Shown here in pieces: positions 7,396 through 15,363 of a DNA stretch of 24,993 bases. The DNA is taken from positions 1 through 24,993 of the IMG/VR virus record IMGVR_UViG_2778261537_000018; one strand, 5' to 3'. Position 1 is the stretch's first letter. Every line of letters starts with the position of its first letter. The notes beneath the pieces are model-generated. The model was not told where the DNA came from. It made no database searches and saw only the letters and a list, made by a program, of their open reading frames with translations. Position numbers and translations under genes: made by a program. This stretch comes from a virus. Lineage: Duplodnaviria; Heunggongvirae; Uroviricota; Caudoviricetes.

Positions 7396-8409
7396 TTATA
7401 AAAAGTTGAGTGGGTTTTTATAAACTGCGTCTTCAAGATGATCTGGTGAAAAGTGTGAATATACCATGGTCATCTTGATATCAGAATGACCCAAAATATC
7501 TCTCAAAACAAGTATGTTTCCGCCGTTCATCATAAAATGACTGGCGAAAGTATGGCGTAGCACATGAGTGCATTGTCCCGCTGGTAAGTCTATATTGGCC
7601 CGCTTCACTGCTCGTTCAAAAGCTTTTCTGCATGGCGTGAACAGCTTCCCCCTGTTTTTGGGTAGTTCGTCGTATAGCTCCTGAGATATCGGTACAGTTC
7701 GGTTTTTCTTGCCTTTGGTTTTGGTATAGGTGATCCGATATTTTGATAACTGATGGCCTTGAAGGTTTTCGGCTTCACTCCACCGCGCGCCGGTAGCTAG
7801 GCATACCTTTGCGATCATCAATAGGCTAGGGCTTTGAGAATCAGCGCAGGCATCAAGCAGGCGTTTAATTTCGTCCAAGGCTAAGAATGCCAATTCACCC
7901 TCTGCGATTTTGAATGTCGGTAGCCCGGCGAGTGGGTTAGGCGCTGACCAGTGGCCCAACTTCTTCAGGGTGCCAAAAACGGATGATAAGTTACGCTGTT
8001 CAAGGTTTACCGTGCGTGGTTTTACTGGCGACATTAGCGCGCCTTCTTCGTTACGTACCTCTCCTTTCAACCGTGCTTCACGATATTTCGTAAAGTCACC
8101 GGCGGTTAATTCAGAGGCGACGGGATCGCCTAGGCCATTGCAGATAATATTCAGTTTCGCCATCAGGCGCTTGGGGTCTGCGAGCGTCTGGCCGTAAAGG
8201 GAGTGCCACTGCTCAATCAATTCTGACAAACGCCGCCGATCTTCCTTTTCACCCAGCCACGGCTTTTTGTTCACTTGATCCATGGTGAAGTTTTCGAATG
8301 CTACAGCCTCGCCCTTTGTCGCAAATTGCTTGCGCACGCGCTTGCCGTCACGCCCGTTCGGGTAACACTCGCACAACCATTTTCCGTTCGGCTGTTTTCT
8401 GATGGTCAT
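7396..8409 (-). CDS. int: P2/186-type phage tyrosine integrase
   Basis: 337 aa; N-terminal ...NGKRVRKQFATKGEAVAFE and C-terminal HVLRHTFASHFMMNGGNILVLRDILGHSDIKMTMVYSHF (catalytic His/Arg/Tyr region). Start ATG 1 nt after the cI stop on the same strand (translational coupling). Confidence 0.85.
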   Translation of the reverse strand: MTIRKQPNGKWLCECYPNGRDGKRVRKQFATKGEAVAFENFTMDQVNKKPWLGEKEDRRRLSELIEQWHSLYGQTLADPKRLMAKLNIICNGLGDPVASELTAGDFTKYREARLKGEVRNEEGALMSPVKPRTVNLEQRNLSSVFGTLKKLGHWSAPNPLAGLPTFKIAEGELAFLALDEIKRLLDACADSQSPSLLMIAKVCLATGARWSEAENLQGHQLSKYRITYTKTKGKKNRTVPISQELYDELPKNRGKLFTPCRKAFERAVKRANIDLPAGQCTHVLRHTFASHFMMNGGNILVLRDILGHSDIKMTMVYSHFSPDHLEDAVYKNPLNFL

Positions 8410-8410
8410 A

Positions 8411-9043
8411 TCAAAGGCTCTTAATGATTTTCAATGCGCGGCCAACAACCTCGATATCATCCAGGCTGCACTCAAACGAAGAATCATCTTGATGTACAAC
8501 TAATCTGTTTCCGGGAAGGCGAGTTAGCTTAACAATGCTTTTTATCCCGTCGATATCGACCAACCACATCCCATTCACTGGTAGTGTCTGGTTACGGTCA
8601 ATTAAATATGAATCGCCATTGGTATTTACGAGAAGTAGCTCGCTTGAGTCAGGGGGAAGCAGGCTGCTATCAATGATGGCCTTCCCGGCTTCAATCAACG
8701 AACCTCCGATAAGGCTAGCCTTATCGATCTCTGGCGATACAAGCTCAGAAAGTGGTTTTACTTTGCTAGAGTTCACGAAATTGATACTTTTTCTATCATC
8801 AATTTTTGTTCCTGGTTCGCCTTGTCCTGTAGTTAGCCAGAGTAATGAAACGCCTGTTTCAAGAGCGCATTGGATCACCCATTCTGCAGGGAAGCTATCC
8901 CTTAAGTATCTGTTTGCCATAGTGCTTTTAGATGCGCCTAAGTGATCGCATAGCTGCTGTCGGGACTTGAAATCATAGGCAGCCATCAACCTATGGATAG
9001 CCTCTCTACCCCCTGTATTCTCGCCAGCCTTCACCTGTATCAT
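8411..9043 (-). CDS. CI-like phage repressor (186 cI-like, HTH N-terminal domain)
   Basis: 210 aa immediately upstream of int on the same strand; HTH-like segment QQLCDHLGASKSTMANRYLRDSFPAEWVIQCALETGVSLLWLTTGQG; position and orientation match the 186 cI-int operon. Confidence 0.7.
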   Translation of the reverse strand: MIQVKAGENTGGREAIHRLMAAYDFKSRQQLCDHLGASKSTMANRYLRDSFPAEWVIQCALETGVSLLWLTTGQGEPGTKIDDRKSINFVNSSKVKPLSELVSPEIDKASLIGGSLIEAGKAIIDSSLLPPDSSELLLVNTNGDSYLIDRNQTLPVNGMWLVDIDGIKSIVKLTRLPGNRLVVHQDDSSFECSLDDIEVVGRALKIIKSL

Positions 9044-9055
9044 TTTTTAATCCTA

Positions 9056-9107
9056 TTGACGTATCAAATATTGGATCGTAGTATCTCGATTGTTCAAATA
9101 TTGGATC
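9056..9107 (+). promoter_or_regulatory. Lytic promoter (pR-like) with flanking 14-bp direct-repeat operator candidates
   Basis: TTGACG (9056-9061), 17-nt spacer, TAGTAT (9079-9084); direct repeat tcaaatattggatc at 9064-9077 and 9094-9107. Lies in the divergent intergenic region between cI and the apl-like gene. Confidence 0.4.
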
Positions 9108-9162
9108 ACATAAAACAAGATAAAACGACATAAACCAAACCTTAACTGAGAGATACTGCACT

Positions 9163-9405
9163 ATGAGCACTGATATTTCAATTCGTGTACCAAAAGAGAT
9201 GGCTACGCCTGCAGAGTTCGCTGAATGGGAAGGTATCTCCCGTGGCTCTGTTTACCAGAAAATTCACCATGGCCAGCTCGCCAAGTACATGGTCAAGAAA
9301 GAAAAAAACAAAGGTCGCGTAAGCCTTCGTTACCTGATGTACAAAACCGACCAGGTTCGTGAATCCCTCGGTCATTCCAACTTCCGCGTCATTGTTGGTA
9401 AGTAA
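9163..9405 (+). CDS. Apl/Cox-like small excisionase/regulator
   Basis: 80-aa ORF, first gene of the rightward operon facing cI, as apl is in 186; basic, possible HTH (WEGISRGSVYQKIHHGQL). Assignment is positional plus weak motif. Confidence 0.5.
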   Translation: MSTDISIRVPKEMATPAEFAEWEGISRGSVYQKIHHGQLAKYMVKKEKNKGRVSLRYLMYKTDQVRESLGHSNFRVIVGK

Positions 9406-9437
9406 GTTCAATTATGGGAACTTTCTAAGGGGGCAGC

Positions 9438-9947
9438 ATGTTTGATTACAAGATTTCCAAACATCCGAATTTTGATGAAGCCTGTAGAGCTTTTGCACTA
9501 CGTCACAACATGACGAAGCTGGCAGAACGTGCAGGAATGAATGTTCAGACACTGCGAAACAAACTCAACCCAGATCAACCGCATCAGCTCACAGCGCCAG
9601 AAATCTGGTTGCTCACCGATCTGACTGAAGATTCAACGCTGGTAGATGGCTTTTTGGCACAGATTCACTGCCTGCCATGCGTACCAATTAATGAGGTGGC
9701 AAAAGAGAAACTGCCACATTACGTCATGAGTGCAACCGCAGAGATCGGGCGTGTTGCTGCAGGTGCGGTATCTGGTGATGTAAAAACTAGTGCCGGTCGT
9801 CGTGATGCTATCAGCAGCATTAACTCTGTAACACGACTGATGGCGCTGGCGGCTGTTTCATTGCAGGCCCGTTTACAGGCTAATCCTGCGATGGTGAGTG
9901 CAGTTGATACCGTGACTGGCCTCGGTGCTTCATTCGGTTTGCTGTGA
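9438..9947 (+). CDS. Phage CII-like regulatory protein (186 CII / CP76 family)
   Basis: 169-aa ORF after the apl-like gene; length and position match 186 cII as I recall it; N-terminal HTH-like region. No database check possible. Confidence 0.55.
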   Translation: MFDYKISKHPNFDEACRAFALRHNMTKLAERAGMNVQTLRNKLNPDQPHQLTAPEIWLLTDLTEDSTLVDGFLAQIHCLPCVPINEVAKEKLPHYVMSATAEIGRVAAGAVSGDVKTSAGRRDAISSINSVTRLMALAAVSLQARLQANPAMVSAVDTVTGLGASFGLL

Positions 9948-9954
9948 GGTGCTT

Positions 9955-10251
9955 ATGCTGACGAAAGAACCATCATTTGCATCGCTGCTGGTAAAACAAA
10001 GCCCGGCAATGCACTACGGTCACGGCTGGATCATGGGTGAGGATGGTAAACGCTGGCATCCATGTCATTCACAAGATGAATTGCTGTCTGAATTGACCAC
10101 GAGGAAACGGAGAAAGTCAAAATGTATGCAGCGGAAAGTGAAGTGGTTTATCAGTTTCGTTACAGAGGGGAGAGTTATTCAGTACCTGAAGATGATTTGC
10201 TCTGTTGTTATCCGTCGTTGTCGGGCGATGGCAGTTACTTTTTCACGCTAA
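9955..10251 (+). CDS. Fil-like small phage protein (C-terminal extent uncertain)
   Basis: ATG 9955 with GAGGTG 4 nt upstream, immediately after the cII stop; N-terminus ...HYGHGWIMGEDGKRWHPC resembles enterobacterial prophage Fil proteins as I recall them. Overlaps the next ORF by about 130 nt in another frame. Confidence 0.35.
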   Translation: MLTKEPSFASLLVKQSPAMHYGHGWIMGEDGKRWHPCHSQDELLSELTTRKRRKSKCMQRKVKWFISFVTEGRVIQYLKMICSVVIRRCRAMAVTFSR

Positions 10252-10346
10252 GGGATGGGACGTTTTTACGGGGAGAGCAGGTTAAAGAGACGATACGAAA
10301 AAATGTATCTCCTCTTGAACGTTACCGTAAGAACAAAGAACGATAG
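10122..10346 (+). CDS. Hypothetical small phage protein
   Basis: 74-aa ORF with GGAG about 10 nt upstream; overlaps the 3' part of the Fil-like ORF in a different frame, so one of the two is mis-delimited or there is a frameshift. Confidence 0.3.
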   Translation: MYAAESEVVYQFRYRGESYSVPEDDLLCCYPSLSGDGSYFFTLRDGTFLRGEQVKETIRKNVSPLERYRKNKER

Positions 10347-10368
10347 TTGCGTTTTGGGGATATGAATT

Positions 10369-10710
10369 ATGGCAATTAATGGCGCTGCGGCGACTGTTCC
10401 ATTAAGCCCCGGTGAACGCCTGAATGGACTTAATCACATTGCGGAGTTAAGGGCGAAAGTATTTGGCCTGAATATTGAGTCAGAGCTTGAGCGGTTTATT
10501 AAAGATATGCGTGATCCACGGGATATCAATAACGAACAAAATAAACGAGCACTGGCTGCCATATTCTTTATGGCAAAAATTCCAGCTGAACGTCATAGCA
10601 TCAGCATTAATGAGCTGACCACTGACGAAAAGCGGGAGTTGATTAAAGCAATGAATCATTTTCGTGCAGTGGTGAGCTTATTTCCCAGACGGCTAACCAT
10701 GCCGAATTAA
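10369..10710 (+). CDS. Hypothetical phage early-region protein
   Basis: 113-aa ORF with GGGGA SD 8 nt upstream; same strand and region as P2 orf80-83 / 186 CP genes. Confidence 0.45.
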   Translation: MAINGAAATVPLSPGERLNGLNHIAELRAKVFGLNIESELERFIKDMRDPRDINNEQNKRALAAIFFMAKIPAERHSISINELTTDEKRELIKAMNHFRAVVSLFPRRLTMPN

Positions 10711-10777
10711 GCAACTAATGAAATTAATGGCGTAAACCCGCCGGGCATCCCTTTATCTAAATTCAGGAGAATTGATT

Positions 10778-11011
10778 ATGCGTAATATTGAAACCCTCAC
10801 GACTAAAACCGGACCGGATGATGCAGGGCTTAATATTTTACTGACAGAGGCTCGTCTGGAAGAACGCCGGGCAAGGGCTGAAGCAATGGCAGCTCGCCTT
10901 GATAGCCTGGCGTGTCATATCACATCCCGCCAGCTAAACCACGTCGAAGCGGCAGAACTGCTGCGTGTGACTGCTGAAGCAATCCAGAACGAAGCGCAGG
11001 AGATCCACTAA
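10778..11011 (+). CDS. Hypothetical phage early-region protein
   Basis: ATG 10778 preceded by AGGAGA (10765-10770); 77 aa; stop overlaps the start of the TraR-like gene (TAATG). Confidence 0.45.
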   Translation: MRNIETLTTKTGPDDAGLNILLTEARLEERRARAEAMAARLDSLACHITSRQLNHVEAAELLRVTAEAIQNEAQEIH

Positions 11012-11238
11012 TGGCAGATGCAATGGATCTCGTACAGCAGCGCGTTGAAGAAGAACGCCAGCGCTATATCCGTGCTGCCCGTGCCAAAACACCGGGCGTG
11101 TCTCGTGTGCTTTGTATTGAATGTGAAGCGCCAATTCCGCCAGCACGACGCCGCGCCATTCCTGGAGTGCAGCTTTGCATTACCTGTCAGGAAATCGCAG
11201 AGCTGAAAGGCAAACATTACAACGGAGGTGTTGTATGA
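11011..11238 (+). CDS. TraR/DksA-family C4 zinc-finger protein
   Basis: 75 aa with CIECEAPIPPARRRAIPGVQLCITCQ (C-x2-C...C-x2-C), typical of phage TraR-like proteins; start overlaps the upstream stop and its own stop overlaps the dam start. Confidence 0.65.
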   Translation: MADAMDLVQQRVEEERQRYIRAARAKTPGVSRVLCIECEAPIPPARRRAIPGVQLCITCQEIAELKGKHYNGGVV

Positions 11239-12092
11239 GCACCATCCTGAAATGGGCGGGAAATAAAACCGCCATTATGTCCGAACTGAAAAAACATCTT
11301 CCTGCTGGCCCGCGACTGGTTGAACCTTTCGCGGGTTCCTGTGCTGTGATGATGGAGACGGATTACCCCAGCTATCTTGTTGCGGATATTAATCCTGATT
11401 TAATCAACCTCTATAAAAAGATTGTCGCTGATTGCGAAGCGTTTATATCTCGTGCCAGAGCTTTATTTGAGGAAGCAAACAGGGATGTGGCTTATTACAA
11501 CATAAGGCAGGAGTTTAATTACTCCACTGAAATTACTGATTTCATGAAAGCGGTATATTTCCTGTATCTCAATCGTCATGGTTACCGTGGGTTATGTCGC
11601 TATAACAAGAGCGGGCATTTCAACATTCCGTACGGTAATTATAAAAATCCGTATTTCCCTGAAAAAGAAATTCGCGCATTTGCAGAGAAAGCCCAGCGGG
11701 CAACGTTTATCTGCGCAAGCTTTGATGAAACGCTGGCGATGCTGCAGGTGGGGGATGTGGTGTATTGCGATCCGCCGTATGACGGTACGTTTTCCGGCTA
11801 TCACACTGATGGTTTCACTGAAGATGACCAGTATCACCTGGCATCCGTTCTTGAACATCGGTCATCAGAAGGACATCCGGTCATTGTTTCTAACAGTGAC
11901 ACATCCCTGATCCGTTCGCTGTATCGCAATTTTACTCACCACTACATCAAGGCAAAACGCAGCATCGGTGTGGCAGCTGGTGAGAGTAAATCTGCAACAG
12001 AAATCATCGCTGTTTCCGGGCCGCGCTGCTGGGTGGGATTTGATCCTTCGCGTGGCGTGGATAGTTCAGCCGTGTACGGAGTACGTGCATGA
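11235..12092 (+). CDS. dam: DNA adenine methyltransferase (Dam-like, orphan N6-A MTase)
   Basis: Motif I-like EPFAGSCAV and catalytic motif DPPY ([12 protein letters not shown]); N-terminus [11 protein letters not shown]. Start at ATG 11235 (ORF-track start 11175 is an upstream extension). No adjacent restriction endonuclease gene. Confidence 0.8.
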   Translation: MSTILKWAGNKTAIMSELKKHLPAGPRLVEPFAGSCAVMMETDYPSYLVADINPDLINLYKKIVADCEAFISRARALFEEANRDVAYYNIRQEFNYSTEITDFMKAVYFLYLNRHGYRGLCRYNKSGHFNIPYGNYKNPYFPEKEIRAFAEKAQRATFICASFDETLAMLQVGDVVYCDPPYDGTFSGYHTDGFTEDDQYHLASVLEHRSSEGHPVIVSNSDTSLIRSLYRNFTHHYIKAKRSIGVAAGESKSATEIIAVSGPRCWVGFDPSRGVDSSAVYGVRA

Positions 12093-14509
12093 GTCATGCC
12101 GATATGAACAACTGCTGCGGCTTTAACGAGGCTGCCGCAGCGTTCTCATGGAACAGCCCGAAAAAGGCCATTAACCCTTATCTGGACCCGGCGGAAGTTG
12201 CGCCGGTTTCTGCGCTTTCAAACCTGATCACTCTGTACGCTGCCGATAACGAGCAGGAACAACTGCGCCGCGAGGCACTGAGTGATCAGGTCTGGGAGCG
12301 TTATTTTTTTAATGAATCACGTGATCCTGTCCAGCGCGAAATGGAGCAGGATAAGCTCATTAGCCGGGCAAAGCTGGCGCATGAGCAGCAGCGTTTTAAT
12401 CCGGATATGGTCATTCTGGCGGACGTCAACGCCCAGCCTTCCCATATCAGCAAGCCGCTGATGCAACGTATTGAATACTTTAGCAGCCTGGGCAGGCCAA
12501 AGGCTTATTCCCGCTATTTACGTGAGACGATTAAGCCATGTCTGGAACGACTGGAGCATGTACGCGACAGCCAGCTATCTGCATCTTTTCGTTTTATGGC
12601 AAGCCATGAAGGGCTGGACGGCCTGCTTATCCTGCCTGAAATGAGTCAGGATCAGGTGAAGCGCCTGTCTACCCTTGTCGCTGCGCATATGAGCATGTGC
12701 CTTGATGCCGCTTGTGGTGATTTGTATGCCACCGATGACGTTAAGCCAGAAGAAATCCGCAAAACATGGGAAAAGGTGGCAGCGGAAACCCTGCGTCTGG
12801 ATGTTATTCCGCCTGCGTTTGAGCAACTCCGTCGGAAAAGAAACCGCCGTAAACCCGTGCCCTATGAACTCATTCCGGGTTCGCTGGCGCGTATGTTGTG
12901 TGCCGACTGGTGGTATCGGAAATTATGGAAGATGCGTTGCGAATGGCGGGAAGAGCAGTTGCGTGCTGTCTGCCTGGTCAGCAAAAAAGCATCTCCCTAT
13001 GTCAGCTATGAAGCCGTGATGCATAAACGTGAGCAGCGCCGCAAGTCACTGGAGTTTTTCCGTTCTCATGAACTGGTGAACGAAGAGGGCGACACGCTGG
13101 ATATGGAAGACGTGGTAAACGCCAGCAGCAGCAACCCGGCGCACCGCCGCAATGAGATGATGGCCTGTGTTAAAGGTCTGGAGCTTATCGCGGAAATGCG
13201 TGGTGATTGCGCCGTTTTCTACACCATTACCTGTCCGTCACGTTTCCATTCCACGCTCAATAACGGCAGACCAAACCCAACCTGGACAAATGCGACGGTA
13301 AGACAAAGCAGCGATTATCTGGTCGGCATGTTTGCTGCATTTCGTAAGGCGATGCACAAAGCCGGGTTGCGCTGGTATGGCGTGCGGGTGGCTGAGCCGC
13401 ATCATGACGGTACGGTTCACTGGCACCTGTTGTGTTTCATGCGCAAAAAAGACCGCCGTGCCATTACTGCATTGTTGCGTAAGTTTGCCATCCGTGAAGA
13501 CCGCGAGGAACTGGGTAATAACACTGGTCCACGCTTTAAATCTGAGCTGATAAACCCGCGCAAAGGAACACCGACAAGCTACATCGCGAAATACATTAGT
13601 AAGAACATTGACGGGCGTGGTCTGGCTGGCGAGATCAGCAAGGAAACGGGTAAATCCCTGCGTGATAACGCTGAATACGTTAATGCCTGGGCGTCTCTGC
13701 ATCGTGTTCAGCAATTCCGCTTCTTTGGTATTCCGGGGCGTCAGGCTTACCGTGAACTGCGATTGCTGGCTGGTCAGGCGGCAAGGCAACAGGGCGACAA
13801 AAAAGCAGGTGCGCCGGTACTGGATAACCCGCGCCTTGATGCCATCCTGGCTGCTGCTGATGCTGGTTGTTTTGCCACTTACATCATGAAGCAGGGTGGC
13901 GTACTGGTTCCCCGCAAATATCACCTCATCAGAACTGCTTATGAAATTAACGAAGAGCCGACCGCCTATGGCGATCACGGCATTCGTATTTATGGCATCT
14001 GGTCACCCATTGCAGAGGGCAAGATCTGCACTCATGCAGTGAAGTGGAAAATGGTCCGTAAAGCCGTTGACGTTCAGGAGGCGGTAGCCGACCAGGGCGC
14101 TTGCGCCCCTTGGACTCGGACTCGTGGCAATAACTGTCCCCTTGCTGAAAATTTGAACCAACAAGGGAAAGACAAATCAGCTGATGGGGATACCAGAACG
14201 GATATCACCCGCATGGATGACAAGGAGTTGCACGATTACCTGCACAGTATGAGCAAAAAAGAACGCCGGGAACTGGCAGCAAGGTTACACCTGGTTAAAC
14301 CGAAACGGTGTAAAGACTACAAACAGCGAATTACAGACCATCAGCGACAGCAGCTCGTGTATGAGCTGAAGTCCAGAGGGTTTGATGGTAGCGAGAAAGA
14401 GGTCGATTTACTCCTTCGCGGCGGCAGTATTCCGTCAGGAGCAGGCCTGCGTATCTTCTATCGGAACCAGCGTTTGCAGGAAGATGATAAGTGGCGAAAC
14501 CTGTATTAA
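12089..14509 (+). CDS. Phage replication initiation endonuclease (P2 gpA / 186 RepA family, rolling-circle type)
   Basis: 806 aa; start overlaps the dam stop (ATGA); contains the conserved [11 protein letters not shown] region I associate with P2 A-type replication proteins; position matches P2/186 synteny. Confidence 0.8.
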   Translation: MSHADMNNCCGFNEAAAAFSWNSPKKAINPYLDPAEVAPVSALSNLITLYAADNEQEQLRREALSDQVWERYFFNESRDPVQREMEQDKLISRAKLAHEQQRFNPDMVILADVNAQPSHISKPLMQRIEYFSSLGRPKAYSRYLRETIKPCLERLEHVRDSQLSASFRFMASHEGLDGLLILPEMSQDQVKRLSTLVAAHMSMCLDAACGDLYATDDVKPEEIRKTWEKVAAETLRLDVIPPAFEQLRRKRNRRKPVPYELIPGSLARMLCADWWYRKLWKMRCEWREEQLRAVCLVSKKASPYVSYEAVMHKREQRRKSLEFFRSHELVNEEGDTLDMEDVVNASSSNPAHRRNEMMACVKGLELIAEMRGDCAVFYTITCPSRFHSTLNNGRPNPTWTNATVRQSSDYLVGMFAAFRKAMHKAGLRWYGVRVAEPHHDGTVHWHLLCFMRKKDRRAITALLRKFAIREDREELGNNTGPRFKSELINPRKGTPTSYIAKYISKNIDGRGLAGEISKETGKSLRDNAEYVNAWASLHRVQQFRFFGIPGRQAYRELRLLAGQAARQQGDKKAGAPVLDNPRLDAILAAADAGCFATYIMKQGGVLVPRKYHLIRTAYEINEEPTAYGDHGIRIYGIWSPIAEGKICTHAVKWKMVRKAVDVQEAVADQGACAPWTRTRGNNCPLAENLNQQGKDKSADGDTRTDITRMDDKELHDYLHSMSKKERRELAARLHLVKPKRCKDYKQRITDHQRQQLVYELKSRGFDGSEKEVDLLLRGGSIPSGAGLRIFYRNQRLQEDDKWRNLY

Positions 14510-14601
14510 TTACGATGGTTAACCATTCGTGCTCTTAATAATACCAGGCATATCAGGCTGATAAACGTAAAAAAACGTTTTACATCAGTAAGATTATTAT
14601 A

Positions 14602-14621
14602 TACTGTAAATATAAACAGTG
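14602..14621 (+). promoter_or_regulatory. LexA (SOS) box upstream of the small ORF / DinI-like operon
   Basis: TACTGTAAATATAAACAGTG fits CTGT-N8-ACAG; lies about 40 bp upstream of a strong SD (AGGAGG 14653-14658) and ATG 14663. Confidence 0.5.
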
Positions 14622-14662
14622 GTTGTACATACAGTATTGCGTGTGGTGTCATAGGAGGAAAG

Positions 14663-14851
14663 ATGCAGGACTATTTTTTGGAGTCTTTGAAGCTCCAGCG
14701 CATTGATTTTTTTCTTAAGCTTGTAGCGGCCAGTGAGTGTAGTGATGAAGAGAAGGGACTGGCTCTGCAGTGGGTTTCTGAATTGACTGATGAACTCATG
14801 GCAAAAATCAGAAGCCACGAATACAACCGCTCAATGGATGTCATCAGCTGA
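14663..14851 (+). CDS. Small SOS-controlled phage protein (possible N-terminal part of a Tum-like antirepressor)
   Basis: 62-aa ORF with strong SD AGGAGG 5 nt upstream and LexA box in its promoter region; followed 10 nt later by the DinI-like ORF in another frame. Confidence 0.45.
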   Translation: MQDYFLESLKLQRIDFFLKLVAASECSDEEKGLALQWVSELTDELMAKIRSHEYNRSMDVIS

Positions 14852-14861
14852 GGTGACTTTT

Positions 14862-15095
14862 ATGCGCATTGAAATAATGATCGATAAAGAGCAGAAGATT
14901 AGCCAGTCTACCCTGGACGCCCTTGAATCCGAGCTTTACCGTAATCTGCGCCCCCTGTATCCCAAAACGGTAATTCGTATCCGCAAAGGTAGCTCTAACG
15001 GTGTGGAACTGACCGGACTGCAACTGGACGAAGAAAGGAAGCAAGTGATGAAAATTATGCAGAAGGTGTGGGAAGACGACAGCTGGCTGCATTAA
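14862..15095 (+). CDS. DinI-family protein (phage Tum/DinI-like)
   Basis: 77 aa starting MRIEIMIDKEQKISQSTLDALESELYRNLRPLYP...KVWEDDSWL, closely resembling E. coli DinI (MRIEVTIAK...AGAIDAL...E.WE..D.W); SD GAGGTG upstream. Confidence 0.7.
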   Translation: MRIEIMIDKEQKISQSTLDALESELYRNLRPLYPKTVIRIRKGSSNGVELTGLQLDEERKQVMKIMQKVWEDDSWLH

Positions 15096-15363
15096 GAAAC
15101 GTTGCTGGCGTCTGAACTTGTTTCTGGCGTCAGCAAGGTTGAACAACGAGCCCTTGCGAGGCGTTAGCTCTGTAGTGCATGTCTATGCCGCATGAGATCG
15201 CATGATCGTTTGAGGATCGTTTTTGCTAAGGCCCGCCAGAACTGGTGGGCTTTTGCGTAGATCATGCAGGTGCATGAAAACCACTACATAAAGCGGGCAG
15301 GCGTGGCGGGGATACGAGCGCGCGCTAACTCATAAATCCTAGATTATTAGTGGATTTATCTCA

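Noticed and set aside
12575-13978. ORFs inside or antisense to repA (12575-12826 -, 12702-13019 +, 13238-13978 - of 246 aa, 13332-13550 +, 13608-13889 +)
   Set aside because: The 806-aa repA frame is syntenic and motif-supported; the antisense 246-aa ORF is Arg/Cys-rich with no SD, typical of GC-rich antisense artefacts.
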